Assembly: GCA_964384235.1 (NCBI GenBank)
Contig: CAYLJX010000002.1
Location: 4,126 to 68,125 of the forward strand
Direction: 5' to 3'
Origin: an uncultured Bdellovibrionales bacterium
Lineage (GTDB): Bacteria; Patescibacteriota; Minisyncoccia; Moranbacterales; UBA1568
Length of the DNA stretch: 64,000 nucleotides
Position numbers and translations under genes: made by a program. Under the pieces are notes generated by a model, which had not been told where the DNA came from, did no database searches, and was given only the letters and a program-made list of their open reading frames with translations. Below, piece after piece: positions 10,260 through 19,606 of this stretch; position 1 is the first letter of the stretch, and the number at the start of each line of letters is the position of its first letter.

Positions 10260-10441
10260 GTTGTCAATCTCCCATGAATGACGTCTCGGTTGAGGCGTTT
10301 CGGCTCATTAAAGCATGCTCTCATGGTTTCGTCAATAAAATATTTGCCAAGTCTGTAAACCCGTGGTACAGTTCTTTCGTATAATTTTTCATCACGAGCG
10401 GATGCTGGTCCTGGGATACCGGGGCGAACGTCTGGCTGACA

Positions 10442-10711
10442 ATGCTTATGGCTCTCACGCACAAGCAGAAGGAGAAAGTGGCCTCCGAAGTCAAGCGCCA
10501 CGAGAAGGATACCGGTTCGCCGGAGTACCAGATCGCCGTCTTTACGGAGCAGATCAAGCGGCTCACGAGCCACCTCAAGAAGAACAAGAAGGACTTCCAT
10601 TCGCGCCGCGGACTTCTCAAGATGGTCGCCAAGCGGAAGAAGCTCATGGCCTACCTCGAGAAGACCAACGAGAAGGCGCACAAGACGCTTGTGAAAACCC
10701 TGGGGCTCTAA
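10442..10711 (+). CDS. rpsO: 30S ribosomal protein S15
   Basis: TGSPEYQIAVFTEQIKRLTSHLKKNKKDFHSRRGLLKMVAKRKKLMAYL is a canonical S15; immediately upstream of pnp as in most bacteria. Confidence 0.9.
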   Translation: MLMALTHKQKEKVASEVKRHEKDTGSPEYQIAVFTEQIKRLTSHLKKNKKDFHSRRGLLKMVAKRKKLMAYLEKTNEKAHKTLVKTLGL

Positions 10712-10814
10712 GCCCCTTTTGTTTTTAAATAACCAATAACCAAAATCCAAGATACAAAAATCCGACCGGAGTTTTTTGGTGATTGGAGCTTGGTGATTGG
10801 TGATTGCTAAAGAT

Positions 10815-11312
10815 ATGGCGAAGTTTGCAGAACAGAGAGTCGGCGTGGTGGTGGATATTTCCAACCTCTATTACAGCGCGCGCGTCCTCTACGGAAAGAA
10901 AGTCAATTTCAAGAACGTCCTCGAAGAGGCGACGAGCGGGCGCAAGCTCATCCGAGCCCTGGCCTACGGCATCAAGACCGCGGAAGCGACGGAGGAGAAG
11001 TTTTTCGAGGCTCTCGAGAAGAGCGGATACGAGGTCAAGACCAAGGATCTCCAGATTTTTCCGGATGGATCGAAAAAGGGCGACTGGGACGTCGGTATCG
11101 CGGTGGATGCCATCAAGATGGCGCCCAAGCTCGACGCCATCGTCATCGTCTCCGGTGACGGGGACTATGTCTCGCTCGTCGAGTATCTCCAGAGTACGAG
11201 CGCCTGCCGCGTGGAAGTGATCGCCTTCGCAGAGTCGGCCAGTGCCAAGCTGGTCGAGGTCTCGGATGATTTTATCAATCTGTCCGCGAACAAACGCCGA
11301 TTTCTGATATAA
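10815..11312 (+). CDS. NYN/LabA-like (DUF88) domain protein
   Basis: VGVVVDISNLYYSA...DAIVIVSGDGDYVSLVEYLQ matches LabA/NYN PIN-like nuclease domain motifs. Confidence 0.7.
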   Translation: MAKFAEQRVGVVVDISNLYYSARVLYGKKVNFKNVLEEATSGRKLIRALAYGIKTAEATEEKFFEALEKSGYEVKTKDLQIFPDGSKKGDWDVGIAVDAIKMAPKLDAIVIVSGDGDYVSLVEYLQSTSACRVEVIAFAESASAKLVEVSDDFINLSANKRRFLI

Positions 11313-11340
11313 GAACTTGTGCTTTCGATAAAAAAAGAGC

Positions 11341-11384
11341 GGCCTGACTCGTATCGAGCAGGCCGTTTTTTTTGGCGGGCTGAT
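11341..11384. terminator. bidirectional intrinsic terminator
   Basis: AAAAAAAGAGCGGCCTGACTCGTATCGAGCAGGCCGTTTTTTTT between convergent genes. Confidence 0.7.
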
Positions 11385-11386
11385 CC

Positions 11387-12379
11387 TTAGGGAGGATCAG
11401 GGTTCTTTGGGTCTTCCGGTGAAGTGAAGGAGTAGCCTTCGCCGGGCTTGTTCCTGATGCAGCCACGAAGAGAGCTTCTGGAGAATGCTGCCCTTGTCTC
11501 TGCGATGATTCGTGCGGAATTAGCCGGATTTTCGTAGTCGAGGACATCGCAGATCTCATTCATGGAAAATACCGTTCCTTCCTTCGAGCTGAGAAGATCG
11601 AGGAGAACGAAGGCCTTCTGCGTCAGAACGATACGTATGCCATGAAAAAGAAGCTCGAGTTTGCCGTATTTGGCCCATCGCACCTCAGAGAAGTAGGATG
11701 AAGTCCAGGGAGGAAGCGGCCTTGGCGGCTTTTTGGTTTTCTGCGGCACCGTTTCGTCCGGGTCGTGTCTGGGTATGCGAGGGCTGCAATGTCGCCTTTG
11801 CTCCTCGTTTTTTCTCCGTGTATCCCAGGTTGTCGGAGGCCATTGCCGTTCATGCATCGTGATACCGGTATCGATAGTGCGCCCCGAAAAGTGGCTACTT
11901 GCCGGGAGAACGCCATCTGTAGCCCGCCTCGTTCTTTCTTTCGAGAGATGATAGCTTCCCTTGAGGTCTCCACTGAGGGTATCTCGGATGGCTTTGGCTA
12001 TCCTTGATGCGTCAAAAACGAAGTAGCCGAGAGCGGTGGTAGCTCCCGCATTGAGAAGGCCAGCGCCGGTCGGAAAGTCCCTTGTGAAGCGGTCCTTGTC
12101 ACGGCAGATGATCGCGATGATTTTGAGATCAGGCCTTTGTACGTGGAGTGACTGTAAGAGGGCTATCTGCTCGCGAAGCTCGTTTTGTTCCCGGGAGAGA
12201 AAGAGAACGACGCCATCACCTTCTTGAAGGACAACAACCATCCGCCAGACACGCATCCGATCGAGGGGAGTGAAAGCTGTGAAAGAAATCGGTTGCCCTC
12301 GGAAGGCCTCGGAGAGACTCTTAGGTAGTAACGAAGAGGAGAAGGCAAACACAGTCCGCCTAGACAGAGGCTTGTTCAT
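11387..12379 (-). CDS. OmpR/PhoB-type winged-helix transcriptional regulator with degenerate receiver-like N-domain
   Basis: C-terminal LELLFHGIRIVLTQKAFVLLDLL...EGTVFSMNEICDVLDY...PANSARIIAETRAAFSRS...IRNKPGEGYSF is a trans_reg_C domain. The N-terminal domain lacks a canonical phospho-acceptor Asp. Likely start is MNKPLS at 12379 (track ORF extends to 12442). Confidence 0.55.
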   Translation of the reverse strand: MNKPLSRRTVFAFSSSLLPKSLSEAFRGQPISFTAFTPLDRMRVWRMVVVLQEGDGVVLFLSREQNELREQIALLQSLHVQRPDLKIIAIICRDKDRFTRDFPTGAGLLNAGATTALGYFVFDASRIAKAIRDTLSGDLKGSYHLSKERTRRATDGVLPASSHFSGRTIDTGITMHERQWPPTTWDTRRKNEEQRRHCSPRIPRHDPDETVPQKTKKPPRPLPPWTSSYFSEVRWAKYGKLELLFHGIRIVLTQKAFVLLDLLSSKEGTVFSMNEICDVLDYENPANSARIIAETRAAFSRSSLRGCIRNKPGEGYSFTSPEDPKNPDPP

Positions 12380-12555
12380 AGGGAATTCCTCCTTGTTAAG
12401 GAACGATGAATGTATCCTAGGGAGGTGATCGGCCGATGTCAAGAGGGTCTTGTCCCTTTGACAGGATGAGAAAAAAGGGGGTAGAGTGTGAAATAGGGCA
12501 CTTGCCCCAAGTAATCATTTGTTGCCTGCTTGCGGGTTTATAGGTACACGGGAGT

Positions 12556-12634
12556 CAGTGAACAAAGAACAGTCAACAGTGAACAGAAATGCTGAAAACG
12601 CACATCCTGTTGACTGCTGATTGTTGACTGTTGG
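12556..12634. repeat. imperfect inverted repeat built from AACAGTCAACAGTGAACAG units upstream of pnp
   Basis: Left arm CAGTGAACAAAGAACAGTCAACAGTGAACAG; right arm CTGTTGACTGCTGATTGTTGACTGTTGG. Confidence 0.6.
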
Positions 12635-12678
12635 CTGATACCCGCGTGTTTATGAGCTTGCGAGAGGGCTGATAATCT

Positions 12679-14799
12679 ATGTCAGACGAGAAAAAGTGGT
12701 CTCTCCAGCTGGGAGGCCGCGAACTGACCATCGCGACGGGTATGCTCGCGGGGCAGGCCAACGGTGCCGTGACGGCACGGTACGGCGATACGGTGGTCCT
12801 TGCGACCGCCGTCATGAGCAAGGGTGCCTCCAAGATCACGGGGTATTTCCCTCTCATGGTGGACTACGAGGAGCGCTACTACGCCGCGGGCAAGATCAAG
12901 GGATCGCGTTTCATCAAGCGCGAAGGCCGTCCGTCGGACGACGCCGTGCTTTCGGGCCGCGCGGTCGACCGGACGATCCGGCCGCTTTTTGACAGCCGGA
13001 TGCGTAACGAAGTGCAGGTGATCGTGACGACGCTCTCCTACGACGGCGAGAACGATCCGGATCTGGTGGCGATGATCGCGGCTTCGGCGGCGCTTACGCT
13101 CTCCGATATCCCGTGGAACGGTCCTATCGGTGCCGTGCGGGTCGGTATCCAGAACGGCGGCGACCTCGTGCTCAATCCTTCGTCAGAAGAGCGCGTTTCG
13201 AGCAGTCTCGACCTTCTGTTGTCCGGTACCAAGGACAAAATCAACATGATCGAGGCCGGTGCCAAGGAAATCCCGGAAGAAAAAATGGTAGAGGCGTTCC
13301 GCTTCGGTTTCGAGGCCATCCAGAAAATCTCCTCCTTTATCGAAGACATCCGCAAAGAAGTCGGCAAGGAAAAAGGGAAAGCGGCGATCCTGCGGGGATC
13401 CGACGAGTTCGAAACGGGAGTCCGCGAGGCGTTCGTGAGCGAAGGACTCGGCGATTCGCTGTATCTGCGTCCCAAGCAGGCTATGGAGGACAAAATGGAA
13501 GCGATCAGGGAAAAAGTATCCACTTTCGCCAAGGAAACGTTCCCGGATCAGACATCCATGGATGAGCTGTTGAGCCTCATCATGGATGAGGTGTCCGACG
13601 AGATCGTCCATGAGAACATCCTCAAGGCGGAAAAGCGCCCCGATGGCCGGAAACTGACGGAAATCCGCCCGATCTGGTGCAAAGTGGGCGTGCTTCCGCG
13701 CACCCATGGAACCGGACTCTTTACCCGTGGAGAGACACAGGCCCTTACAGTGACGACACTCGGTGCGCCCGGCGACGAGATGGTCATCGACACGATGGAA
13801 ACTGACGAAAAGAAGCGCTACATGCACTTCTACAACTTCCCGCCGTATTCGGTCGGCGAAGTGCGGCCGATGCGCGGTCCGGGCCGGCGTGAAGTCGGTC
13901 ACGGAGCGCTTGCGGAAAAGGCGCTGGTACCGGTCCTCCCGAGCAAGGAAGAGTTTCCGTACACGATCCTCCTCGTTTCCGAGGTGCTTTCTTCCAACGG
14001 TTCCTCATCGATGGCTTCGACATGCGGCTCGACACTTTCCCTCATGGATGCCGGTGTCCCCATCAAGAAGCCGGTGTCCGGTATCGCCATGGGTGTCATC
14101 ACGGGAAAGAGCGGTGAATACAAGATCCTGACCGATATCCAGGGGCTCGAAGACCACTACGGCGACATGGACTTCAAGGTGGCCGGGACCAGGGACGGTA
14201 TCACCGCCATGCAGATGGACGTGAAAATCGACGGATTGACGCCGGACATGCTCGCCGTCGCGGTAGCTCAGGCCAAGGACGCGAGACTGGAAATCCTCGA
14301 AAAGATGCTCTCGGTCATCCCCGCGCCGCGTGAGACCATGTCTCCCTATGCGCCGCGCATCATCACGCTCCATATCAATCCCGACAAGATCCGCGACGTC
14401 ATCGGCCCCGGAGGTAAGATGATCAACCAGATCATCGACGAGACCGGCGTGTCCATCGATATCGAGGATGACGGCTCGGTCTTCATCACGTCCACGGACG
14501 AGACGAGCGCCAAGGAAGCCGTGGAATGGATCCGAAACATCACCCGCGAGGTGGTGGCTGGAGAGCTCTTTCAGGGGCGGATCACCCGCATCATGAACTT
14601 CGGCGCATTCGCGGAGGTACTTCCCAACCAGGAAGGACTCATCCATATTTCGGAACTGGCCGATCACCGCGTCGAGAAAGTCGAGGATGTCGTGAAAGTC
14701 GGCGACATCGTCCCGGTCATCGTCAAGGAAATCGATTCCCAGGGTCGTATCAACCTCTCGCACAAGCAGGCGCTTCGCAAGATGAGTCAGGAGAATTGA
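12679..14799 (+). CDS. pnp: polynucleotide phosphorylase
   Basis: Two RNase PH domains plus C-terminal KH and S1 domains; 706 aa. Confidence 0.95.
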   Translation: MSDEKKWSLQLGGRELTIATGMLAGQANGAVTARYGDTVVLATAVMSKGASKITGYFPLMVDYEERYYAAGKIKGSRFIKREGRPSDDAVLSGRAVDRTIRPLFDSRMRNEVQVIVTTLSYDGENDPDLVAMIAASAALTLSDIPWNGPIGAVRVGIQNGGDLVLNPSSEERVSSSLDLLLSGTKDKINMIEAGAKEIPEEKMVEAFRFGFEAIQKISSFIEDIRKEVGKEKGKAAILRGSDEFETGVREAFVSEGLGDSLYLRPKQAMEDKMEAIREKVSTFAKETFPDQTSMDELLSLIMDEVSDEIVHENILKAEKRPDGRKLTEIRPIWCKVGVLPRTHGTGLFTRGETQALTVTTLGAPGDEMVIDTMETDEKKRYMHFYNFPPYSVGEVRPMRGPGRREVGHGALAEKALVPVLPSKEEFPYTILLVSEVLSSNGSSSMASTCGSTLSLMDAGVPIKKPVSGIAMGVITGKSGEYKILTDIQGLEDHYGDMDFKVAGTRDGITAMQMDVKIDGLTPDMLAVAVAQAKDARLEILEKMLSVIPAPRETMSPYAPRIITLHINPDKIRDVIGPGGKMINQIIDETGVSIDIEDDGSVFITSTDETSAKEAVEWIRNITREVVAGELFQGRITRIMNFGAFAEVLPNQEGLIHISELADHRVEKVEDVVKVGDIVPVIVKEIDSQGRINLSHKQALRKMSQEN

Positions 14800-14828
14800 T
14801 ACGGGAGAAAAAGTTGGTGTATACTGAA

Positions 14829-14859
14829 GGGAGAGGAGAACCTCTCCCTTTCGTTTTTT
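14829..14859 (+). terminator. intrinsic terminator after pnp
   Basis: GGGAGAGGAGAACCTCTCCC followed by TTTCGTTTTTT. Confidence 0.7.
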
Positions 14860-14886
14860 CAAGTTTTCAAGATTGAAACAAACACT

Positions 14887-15999
14887 ATGGCGCTTTTTTC
14901 GGAGAAATCATCAGGCACTGACGGATCGATTCCGGACGATATCCTCTCGTCCGTTCGGACCATGGAGGAAGAACACGGGAAACAAAGTATGGGACAAGAC
15001 GGTTCTCCCTCGGTATCAAGATCCGTTCCGGAAAAGAAAGATGCCGGGAGCGCCGCTTCAGGGAGTCCTTTTCTGACGGGAGAAGTCCATACTCCGCCGG
15101 TGACATCCGCGCCCGCGGGTTTCGATGCACCGAAGAAGGAGACTGTTTCCCAGGAAAACCTGGTATTCACCAACCCTCCCACTCTTGCCATTCCGGATCC
15201 CCAGGCTGCTCCAAAAGTAGTTTCTCCGTCTCCGGAAGTCGTTTTTTCGAAATCGGGCAGTAAGAAATGGCTTGTGGTAGGGATTATCGTCGTCATCGTG
15301 GCCTTGTTCGGTCTCGGAGCCTATCTGTATTTCAGGAATGCTCCTTTGGAAAAGGTGATGGAGTCGGTTGTCCCGGACGGTCAATCGTCCGCCGAAACCC
15401 CTTCCGATCTTGTCGAGACTCCCGTTGTGGAACCGCCTTTCGCCTTGGACAAGCCGAACTACCTCTCTCTTGATACGGAAAGCATCTCTCTGGATGAAGG
15501 GAAAACGGTATTCGGGGAAGTGGCGGTCAAGATGCAGGCGGCCGGTATCGTTCAACCGGTGGAATTTCTCATTACGGATTCCAACAACAACCCCGTGGCT
15601 TTCAGTCGGTTCGCGTACCTGATGCATTTCGAGTTGTCTCCGGAACTGCTCGCCTTTTTGGATGAAGGGTTTTCGGTATTCGCCTTTATCGACGGCGGGA
15701 AGCTCCGTCTCGGTCTCGCTCTCACGATGAAGGATGCGACTGCGGCAGGAGCGCAGATCGTCAAGGAAGAGAGTTCTCTCCCTTCCGCGTTCCGTCCGCT
15801 GGTGCTGCTCAACGGAAGCATGGTGGGCATCAACCGGACATCGGTCTTCCGATCGGGATCGTACAACAGCGAGGCGGTCCGCTTCACCAATATCGATGCC
15901 AATCAGAATCTTTCTCTCGACTATACGCTGCGCGGGAACCGATGGTTCGTCGGAACGAGCAAGGATACGCTTCGTGCCATGCTCGATCAGACCCGATAG
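14887..15999 (+). CDS. hypothetical membrane-anchored protein
   Basis: 370 aa; Pro/Ser-rich N-region, single TM helix WLVVGIIVVIVALFGLGAYLYF, large C-terminal domain of unknown function. Confidence 0.5.
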   Translation: MALFSEKSSGTDGSIPDDILSSVRTMEEEHGKQSMGQDGSPSVSRSVPEKKDAGSAASGSPFLTGEVHTPPVTSAPAGFDAPKKETVSQENLVFTNPPTLAIPDPQAAPKVVSPSPEVVFSKSGSKKWLVVGIIVVIVALFGLGAYLYFRNAPLEKVMESVVPDGQSSAETPSDLVETPVVEPPFALDKPNYLSLDTESISLDEGKTVFGEVAVKMQAAGIVQPVEFLITDSNNNPVAFSRFAYLMHFELSPELLAFLDEGFSVFAFIDGGKLRLGLALTMKDATAAGAQIVKEESSLPSAFRPLVLLNGSMVGINRTSVFRSGSYNSEAVRFTNIDANQNLSLDYTLRGNRWFVGTSKDTLRAMLDQTR

Positions 16000-16137
16000 G
16001 ATGGCTTGGGAAAAGGATATTTCTTGGAAGAAAAAAAGTAAAATATTTTTTCAGAAGGGAGTTTTCTCGAAAAGAAAAAATATTTTCTCACAAGAAAGAA
16101 AAAATGCCGCGAATGAGAGAAAGTTGATGCACATGAA

Positions 16138-16166
16138 TTGACCCGGACGTTTTTTCCTGCTATAAT
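16138..16166 (+). promoter_or_regulatory. near-consensus sigma70 promoter TTGACC-17 nt-TATAAT with A/T-rich UP-like region upstream
   Basis: TTGACC (16138-16143), a 17-nt spacer, TATAAT (16161-16166). 16000-16130 is A/T-rich with repeated AAAATATTTT tracts. Confidence 0.55.
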
Positions 16167-16172
16167 GGATTT

Positions 16173-16765
16173 GTTAGCAGTGAATTCTTTGACAACTCGC
16201 TCCCCCAAACCGTCACGAACGGTGAAAGAGTTCCCAGTCACTATTTCCCCCTAATAGTGATGGGGACTCTTTCACTGTTCAAGTGTCTCGGCAATGTACC
16301 GGGACCGCCTCGTCCTAACACGAGGACCAAAACAAAAACAAAAAGAGGGGTTAGCTACACAGGGGATGGAAAGCCGAACGGCTTATGCCTCCTGCGTAGC
16401 TAACTACCAGCTCTCGAAAAAATAATAAATGTCGGGAGAAAAACAAAAAGAAACAAAAAATCGTTCTTTCAAAAAAACAACCAAAGGCGAAACGCCAGAG
16501 AACGGTGAAGGGAGAAGTGCTTGAAACGTTAGGACAAGCGCAACAACGCAAGTGCACAAACTACAGGCGTGACTTATGGATCATGATGCCACTCACCCGG
16601 GCTAAATGACCAGCATACCTGTTGGCACATGCAAGTTCGGGCGCTCCAGCCAAATATTTATTTTATTGGGCGCAAGGAGCGCCCGGACACCAACATCTTG
16701 AGCAGAAGATAGGAGATAGGAAGTGGGAAATGAGTGAGGAAGAGAAGGCCGAAAGGCTGTTTTTT
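16173..16765 (+). ncRNA. candidate ~590-nt non-coding RNA (class unidentified)
   Basis: Lies between the consensus promoter and the terminator GGCCGAAAGGCTG TTTTTT (16746-16764). No credible ORF. Contains several extended helices (e.g. GGTTAGCTACACAGG...CCTGCGTAGCTAACC; GGCGCTCC...GGAGCGCC) and A-rich single-stranded tracts. Confidence 0.45.
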
Positions 16766-16805
16766 GTTGCTTTTTTTGTTCATTTTTGCTTCAATAAAGG
16801 GAAAT

Positions 16806-17207
16806 ATGCTTTTTTCTCGAAAACAACCGAAGACCGTCGGGAGTCAGGGAGAGGATCTGGCTGAGCGCTACCTGAGAGACAAGGGATACCGGATTCTGGA
16901 ACGGAACTTTGCCAATCCGAAGGGGTATCGGCTGGGAGAAATCGATATCATCGCCAAACAAGGTGAAACGATCGTTTTTGTCGAGGTGAAGACGAGGCAT
17001 CGGCAGATCCGGGACGGTGACGGGATCATCCTGCCGGAGGCGGCCATCACGCCGGACAAGATGCGAAAGCTTTCCCGGATCGCCGAGTATTATCTGAGGA
17101 AGACCAGACAGCTTTCTCTCCCGTACCGTTTCGATGCCTTGGCTCTCGTCATCGATACGGACAGAAAAACGGCGAAAATACGCCATTTGGAGAGCATCTT
17201 TTTCTAG
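16806..17207 (+). CDS. yraN: YraN-family (UPF0102) endonuclease
   Basis: GEDLAERYLRDKGYRILERNF...GEIDIIAKQGETIVFVEVKTR is the typical UPF0102 restriction-endonuclease-like fold. Start at ATG 16806. Confidence 0.8.
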   Translation: MLFSRKQPKTVGSQGEDLAERYLRDKGYRILERNFANPKGYRLGEIDIIAKQGETIVFVEVKTRHRQIRDGDGIILPEAAITPDKMRKLSRIAEYYLRKTRQLSLPYRFDALALVIDTDRKTAKIRHLESIFF

Positions 17208-17266
17208 ACAGTGAAGGGAAATTTTGGTATACTGGGTGTAAGATAATCTTTTTGCTCTGAAGACTT

Positions 17267-17611
17267 ATGGCACTTGATACAGCGGTTCTCGCCGAACTGA
17301 AAGAGAAGCTTCTCGCCGAAAAGACCCGTCTGGAGACGGAACTCGGGCGTTTTGCCAAGCCGACCGGTGCGGAAGGTGATTATGAGACGAACTTCGAGGA
17401 CATCGGTACCGATCCGGATGAGAACGCCAGCGAAGTGGAGGAATACGTCGACAACCTCGGACTGGAGAACAATCTGGAAGGACAGCTCCGGGATGTCAAT
17501 GATGCGCTCGCCAAGATGGAGCGAGGTACCTACGGTGTCTGTGAGAAGACCGGACAGGAAATCGGCCTGGATCGCCTGCGGGTGTATCCGGCGGCCCGGA
17601 CGATCGTCTAG
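17267..17611 (+). CDS. DksA/TraR-family (YteA-like) protein
   Basis: Acidic coiled-coil N-region and C-terminal GTYGVCEKTGQEI...RL...P.A of DksA/TraR zinc-finger proteins (Cys-poor variant). Confidence 0.5.
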   Translation: MALDTAVLAELKEKLLAEKTRLETELGRFAKPTGAEGDYETNFEDIGTDPDENASEVEEYVDNLGLENNLEGQLRDVNDALAKMERGTYGVCEKTGQEIGLDRLRVYPAARTIV

Positions 17612-17628
17612 TCTGCTTTTCAGGGGTT

Positions 17629-18039
17629 ATGCGATACATGAAAGCGTGGTATGGAGGGCTTGCTCTCGCCGCGCTTTTTCTTTTGGACCGGGGAGCGAAG
17701 ATTTTCTTTTTTTCGGAAGAGAGTCTTGGATCCGTCTGTAACCAGGCGGGAGGCTGGAGTATCGGTCTGCCGGGGCCGGTGTTTGCCGTGGTCTCTTTCT
17801 TGCTTATTTCAGGCATTACTGTACTCTGGTGGAAAGAAACCTCGTCGTTTGTTTCCTGGGGTTTGCTCCTCATCATCGGGGGTGGTCTCGGGAATCTCTT
17901 TGACCGAGTCATTTACGGCTGTGTCATGGACTACATCCGTATCGGGTGGTTTCCGGTGTTCAACCTGGCGGATATATTCCTGACTGTAGGAGTAGTGCTC
18001 ATTTTTTATCACTGGTTTCAAGAAAATTTTGATTTTTGA
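17629..18039 (+). CDS. lspA: lipoprotein signal peptidase II
   Basis: GGGLGNLFDRV...GCVMDYI...FPVFNLADIFLTVG signature motifs; four TM helices. Confidence 0.85.
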   Translation: MRYMKAWYGGLALAALFLLDRGAKIFFFSEESLGSVCNQAGGWSIGLPGPVFAVVSFLLISGITVLWWKETSSFVSWGLLLIIGGGLGNLFDRVIYGCVMDYIRIGWFPVFNLADIFLTVGVVLIFYHWFQENFDF

Positions 18040-18065
18040 ATTTTAACTTTTGACTTTCTTCCGTT

Positions 18066-19586
18066 ATGTCTGCAAAGGTGTTTTCGGCGGCGACGATCGG
18101 CTTGGACAGCGTTTTGGTGGAAGTGGAAGTGGATGTGCTTCCGGCGGGGCTGCATCATTTTACGCTCGTCGGGTTGCCCGATACGGCTATCAAGGAATCA
18201 CGTGATCGGGTGAGCGCCGCACTCAAGAATAGCGGTTTCCGGCCGCCACATCAGAGCGGTCGCATCACGGCGAACCTCGCTCCGGCCGATCTGCCCAAGA
18301 ACACCCCGATCTATGACGTCCCGCTCGCCCTGGGGTTTCTCCTGGCGACAGAACAGCTCCGATTTGAACACAAGGACAAGCTCTTCGTGGGAGAACTCGC
18401 GCTCGATGGCAGCGTGCGCCGGGTGTACGGGGTGCTTCCGATCGCGCTCTTCGCCAAGGCGAAGGGCTTTTCCGAGATCTATGTCCCGGCGGAGAATGCG
18501 GCGGAAGCGGCTCTGGTGCAGGGACTCACGGTCATCCCGGTGAAGAGCCTCTTCGATCTGGCCAAGCATCTGCAGGGTGAAGCGTTGACTGCTCCCTTTG
18601 TCAGGGAGGAAAAAGACGATACGAGAGCGGAGATGCTGACTGATATCGCCCATATCAAGGGACAGGAACACGCCAAACGCTCTCTCGAGATCGTAGCGGC
18701 CGGCGGACACAATATCCTCTTTGTCGGGCCTCCCGGATCCGGTAAGACGCTCCTCGCCAAGACGCTCCCGACGATTCTCCCCAAGCTTGATTTCGAGGAG
18801 AGTCTCGAAGTGACCAAGATCTTTTCCGTCGCGGGACGATTGATGCGGGAAGAAGCACTCATTACGGAGCGACCGTTCCGGGCACCGCACCATTCTGCGA
18901 GCGCCATCTCGCTGGTCGGCGGCGGATCGATGCCTAGGCCCGGAGAGATCAGTCTCTCGCACCGAGGAGTCCTTTTTCTCGACGAGTTCGCCGAGTTCTC
19001 CCGGCCGGTCCTGGAAAATCTCCGGCAGCCGCTCGAAGACGGCGAGGTGACGGTGTCGCGCGTCCGTGGGTCGCTCAAGTTTCCGGCACGCTTCATCCTG
19101 GTGGCGGCCATGAACCCGTGTCCCTGTGGGTATGTCGGTGATCCGGAACGGGTCTGTGCCTGCGCTCCCTACCAGGTGGCCAAGTACAAGCAGAAGATTT
19201 CCGGACCGATTTTGGACCGTATCGACCTTCACGTCGAGGTGCCCCGGGTGAAATTCGAGAAGCTCGAGGCGGAGACGAACGATAACGAGACAAGTGAAGA
19301 CGTACGGAAGCGCGTAGAACGGGCGCGGACCGTCCAAAAGGAGCGCTTCGTCGATTCCGCTTTCCAGACCAATGCCGAGATGACGAGTCAGATGGTAAAG
19401 AAGTTCTGCAAACTCGACCAGGATTGCCAAGACCTCCTGCGCGACGCGGTGTCCCGGCTCAAGCTCTCCGCGCGCGGCTACATGCGCGTGCTCAAGGTGG
19501 CGCGTACCATCGCCGACCTTGCCGGGAGCGCCACTATCCAGCCGCTGCACCTCGCCGAAGCACTTCAATATCGTTTCAAAGAATAG
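18066..19586 (+). CDS. yifB: YifB/ComM-family Mg-chelatase-like AAA+ ATPase
   Basis: N-terminal Lon-like domain; Walker A ILFVGPPGSGKT; C-terminal Mg-chelatase subunit ChlI-like domain; 506 aa. Confidence 0.9.
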   Translation: MSAKVFSAATIGLDSVLVEVEVDVLPAGLHHFTLVGLPDTAIKESRDRVSAALKNSGFRPPHQSGRITANLAPADLPKNTPIYDVPLALGFLLATEQLRFEHKDKLFVGELALDGSVRRVYGVLPIALFAKAKGFSEIYVPAENAAEAALVQGLTVIPVKSLFDLAKHLQGEALTAPFVREEKDDTRAEMLTDIAHIKGQEHAKRSLEIVAAGGHNILFVGPPGSGKTLLAKTLPTILPKLDFEESLEVTKIFSVAGRLMREEALITERPFRAPHHSASAISLVGGGSMPRPGEISLSHRGVLFLDEFAEFSRPVLENLRQPLEDGEVTVSRVRGSLKFPARFILVAAMNPCPCGYVGDPERVCACAPYQVAKYKQKISGPILDRIDLHVEVPRVKFEKLEAETNDNETSEDVRKRVERARTVQKERFVDSAFQTNAEMTSQMVKKFCKLDQDCQDLLRDAVSRLKLSARGYMRVLKVARTIADLAGSATIQPLHLAEALQYRFKE

Positions 19587-19606
19587 TGTAAAATAGGAGG
19601 GGGACT

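Noticed and set aside
10330-10385. Promoter call upstream of rpsO (TTGCCA ... TATAAT)
   Set aside because: The spacer between the two hexamers is about 30 nt; only the -10 TATAAT is convincing, so no promoter feature was reported.
14005-14862. 285-aa minus-strand ORF (also 13183-13902)
   Set aside because: Antisense to pnp.
16173-16765. Assignment of the candidate ncRNA to tmRNA or RNase P RNA
   Set aside because: No tRNA-like acceptor/T-arm with CCA at the ends (tmRNA). The P4-like GGAAAG...CGGCTTAT and J11/12-like AGTGCACAAAC segments are adjacent rather than separated as in RNase P RNA. Left as unclassified.
16622-16864. 80-aa plus-strand ORF
   Set aside because: Runs through the intrinsic terminator at 16746-16764 and into the yraN upstream region; no coding character.
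18198-19568. 456-aa minus-strand ORF
   Set aside because: Antisense to the yifB/comM ATPase gene.
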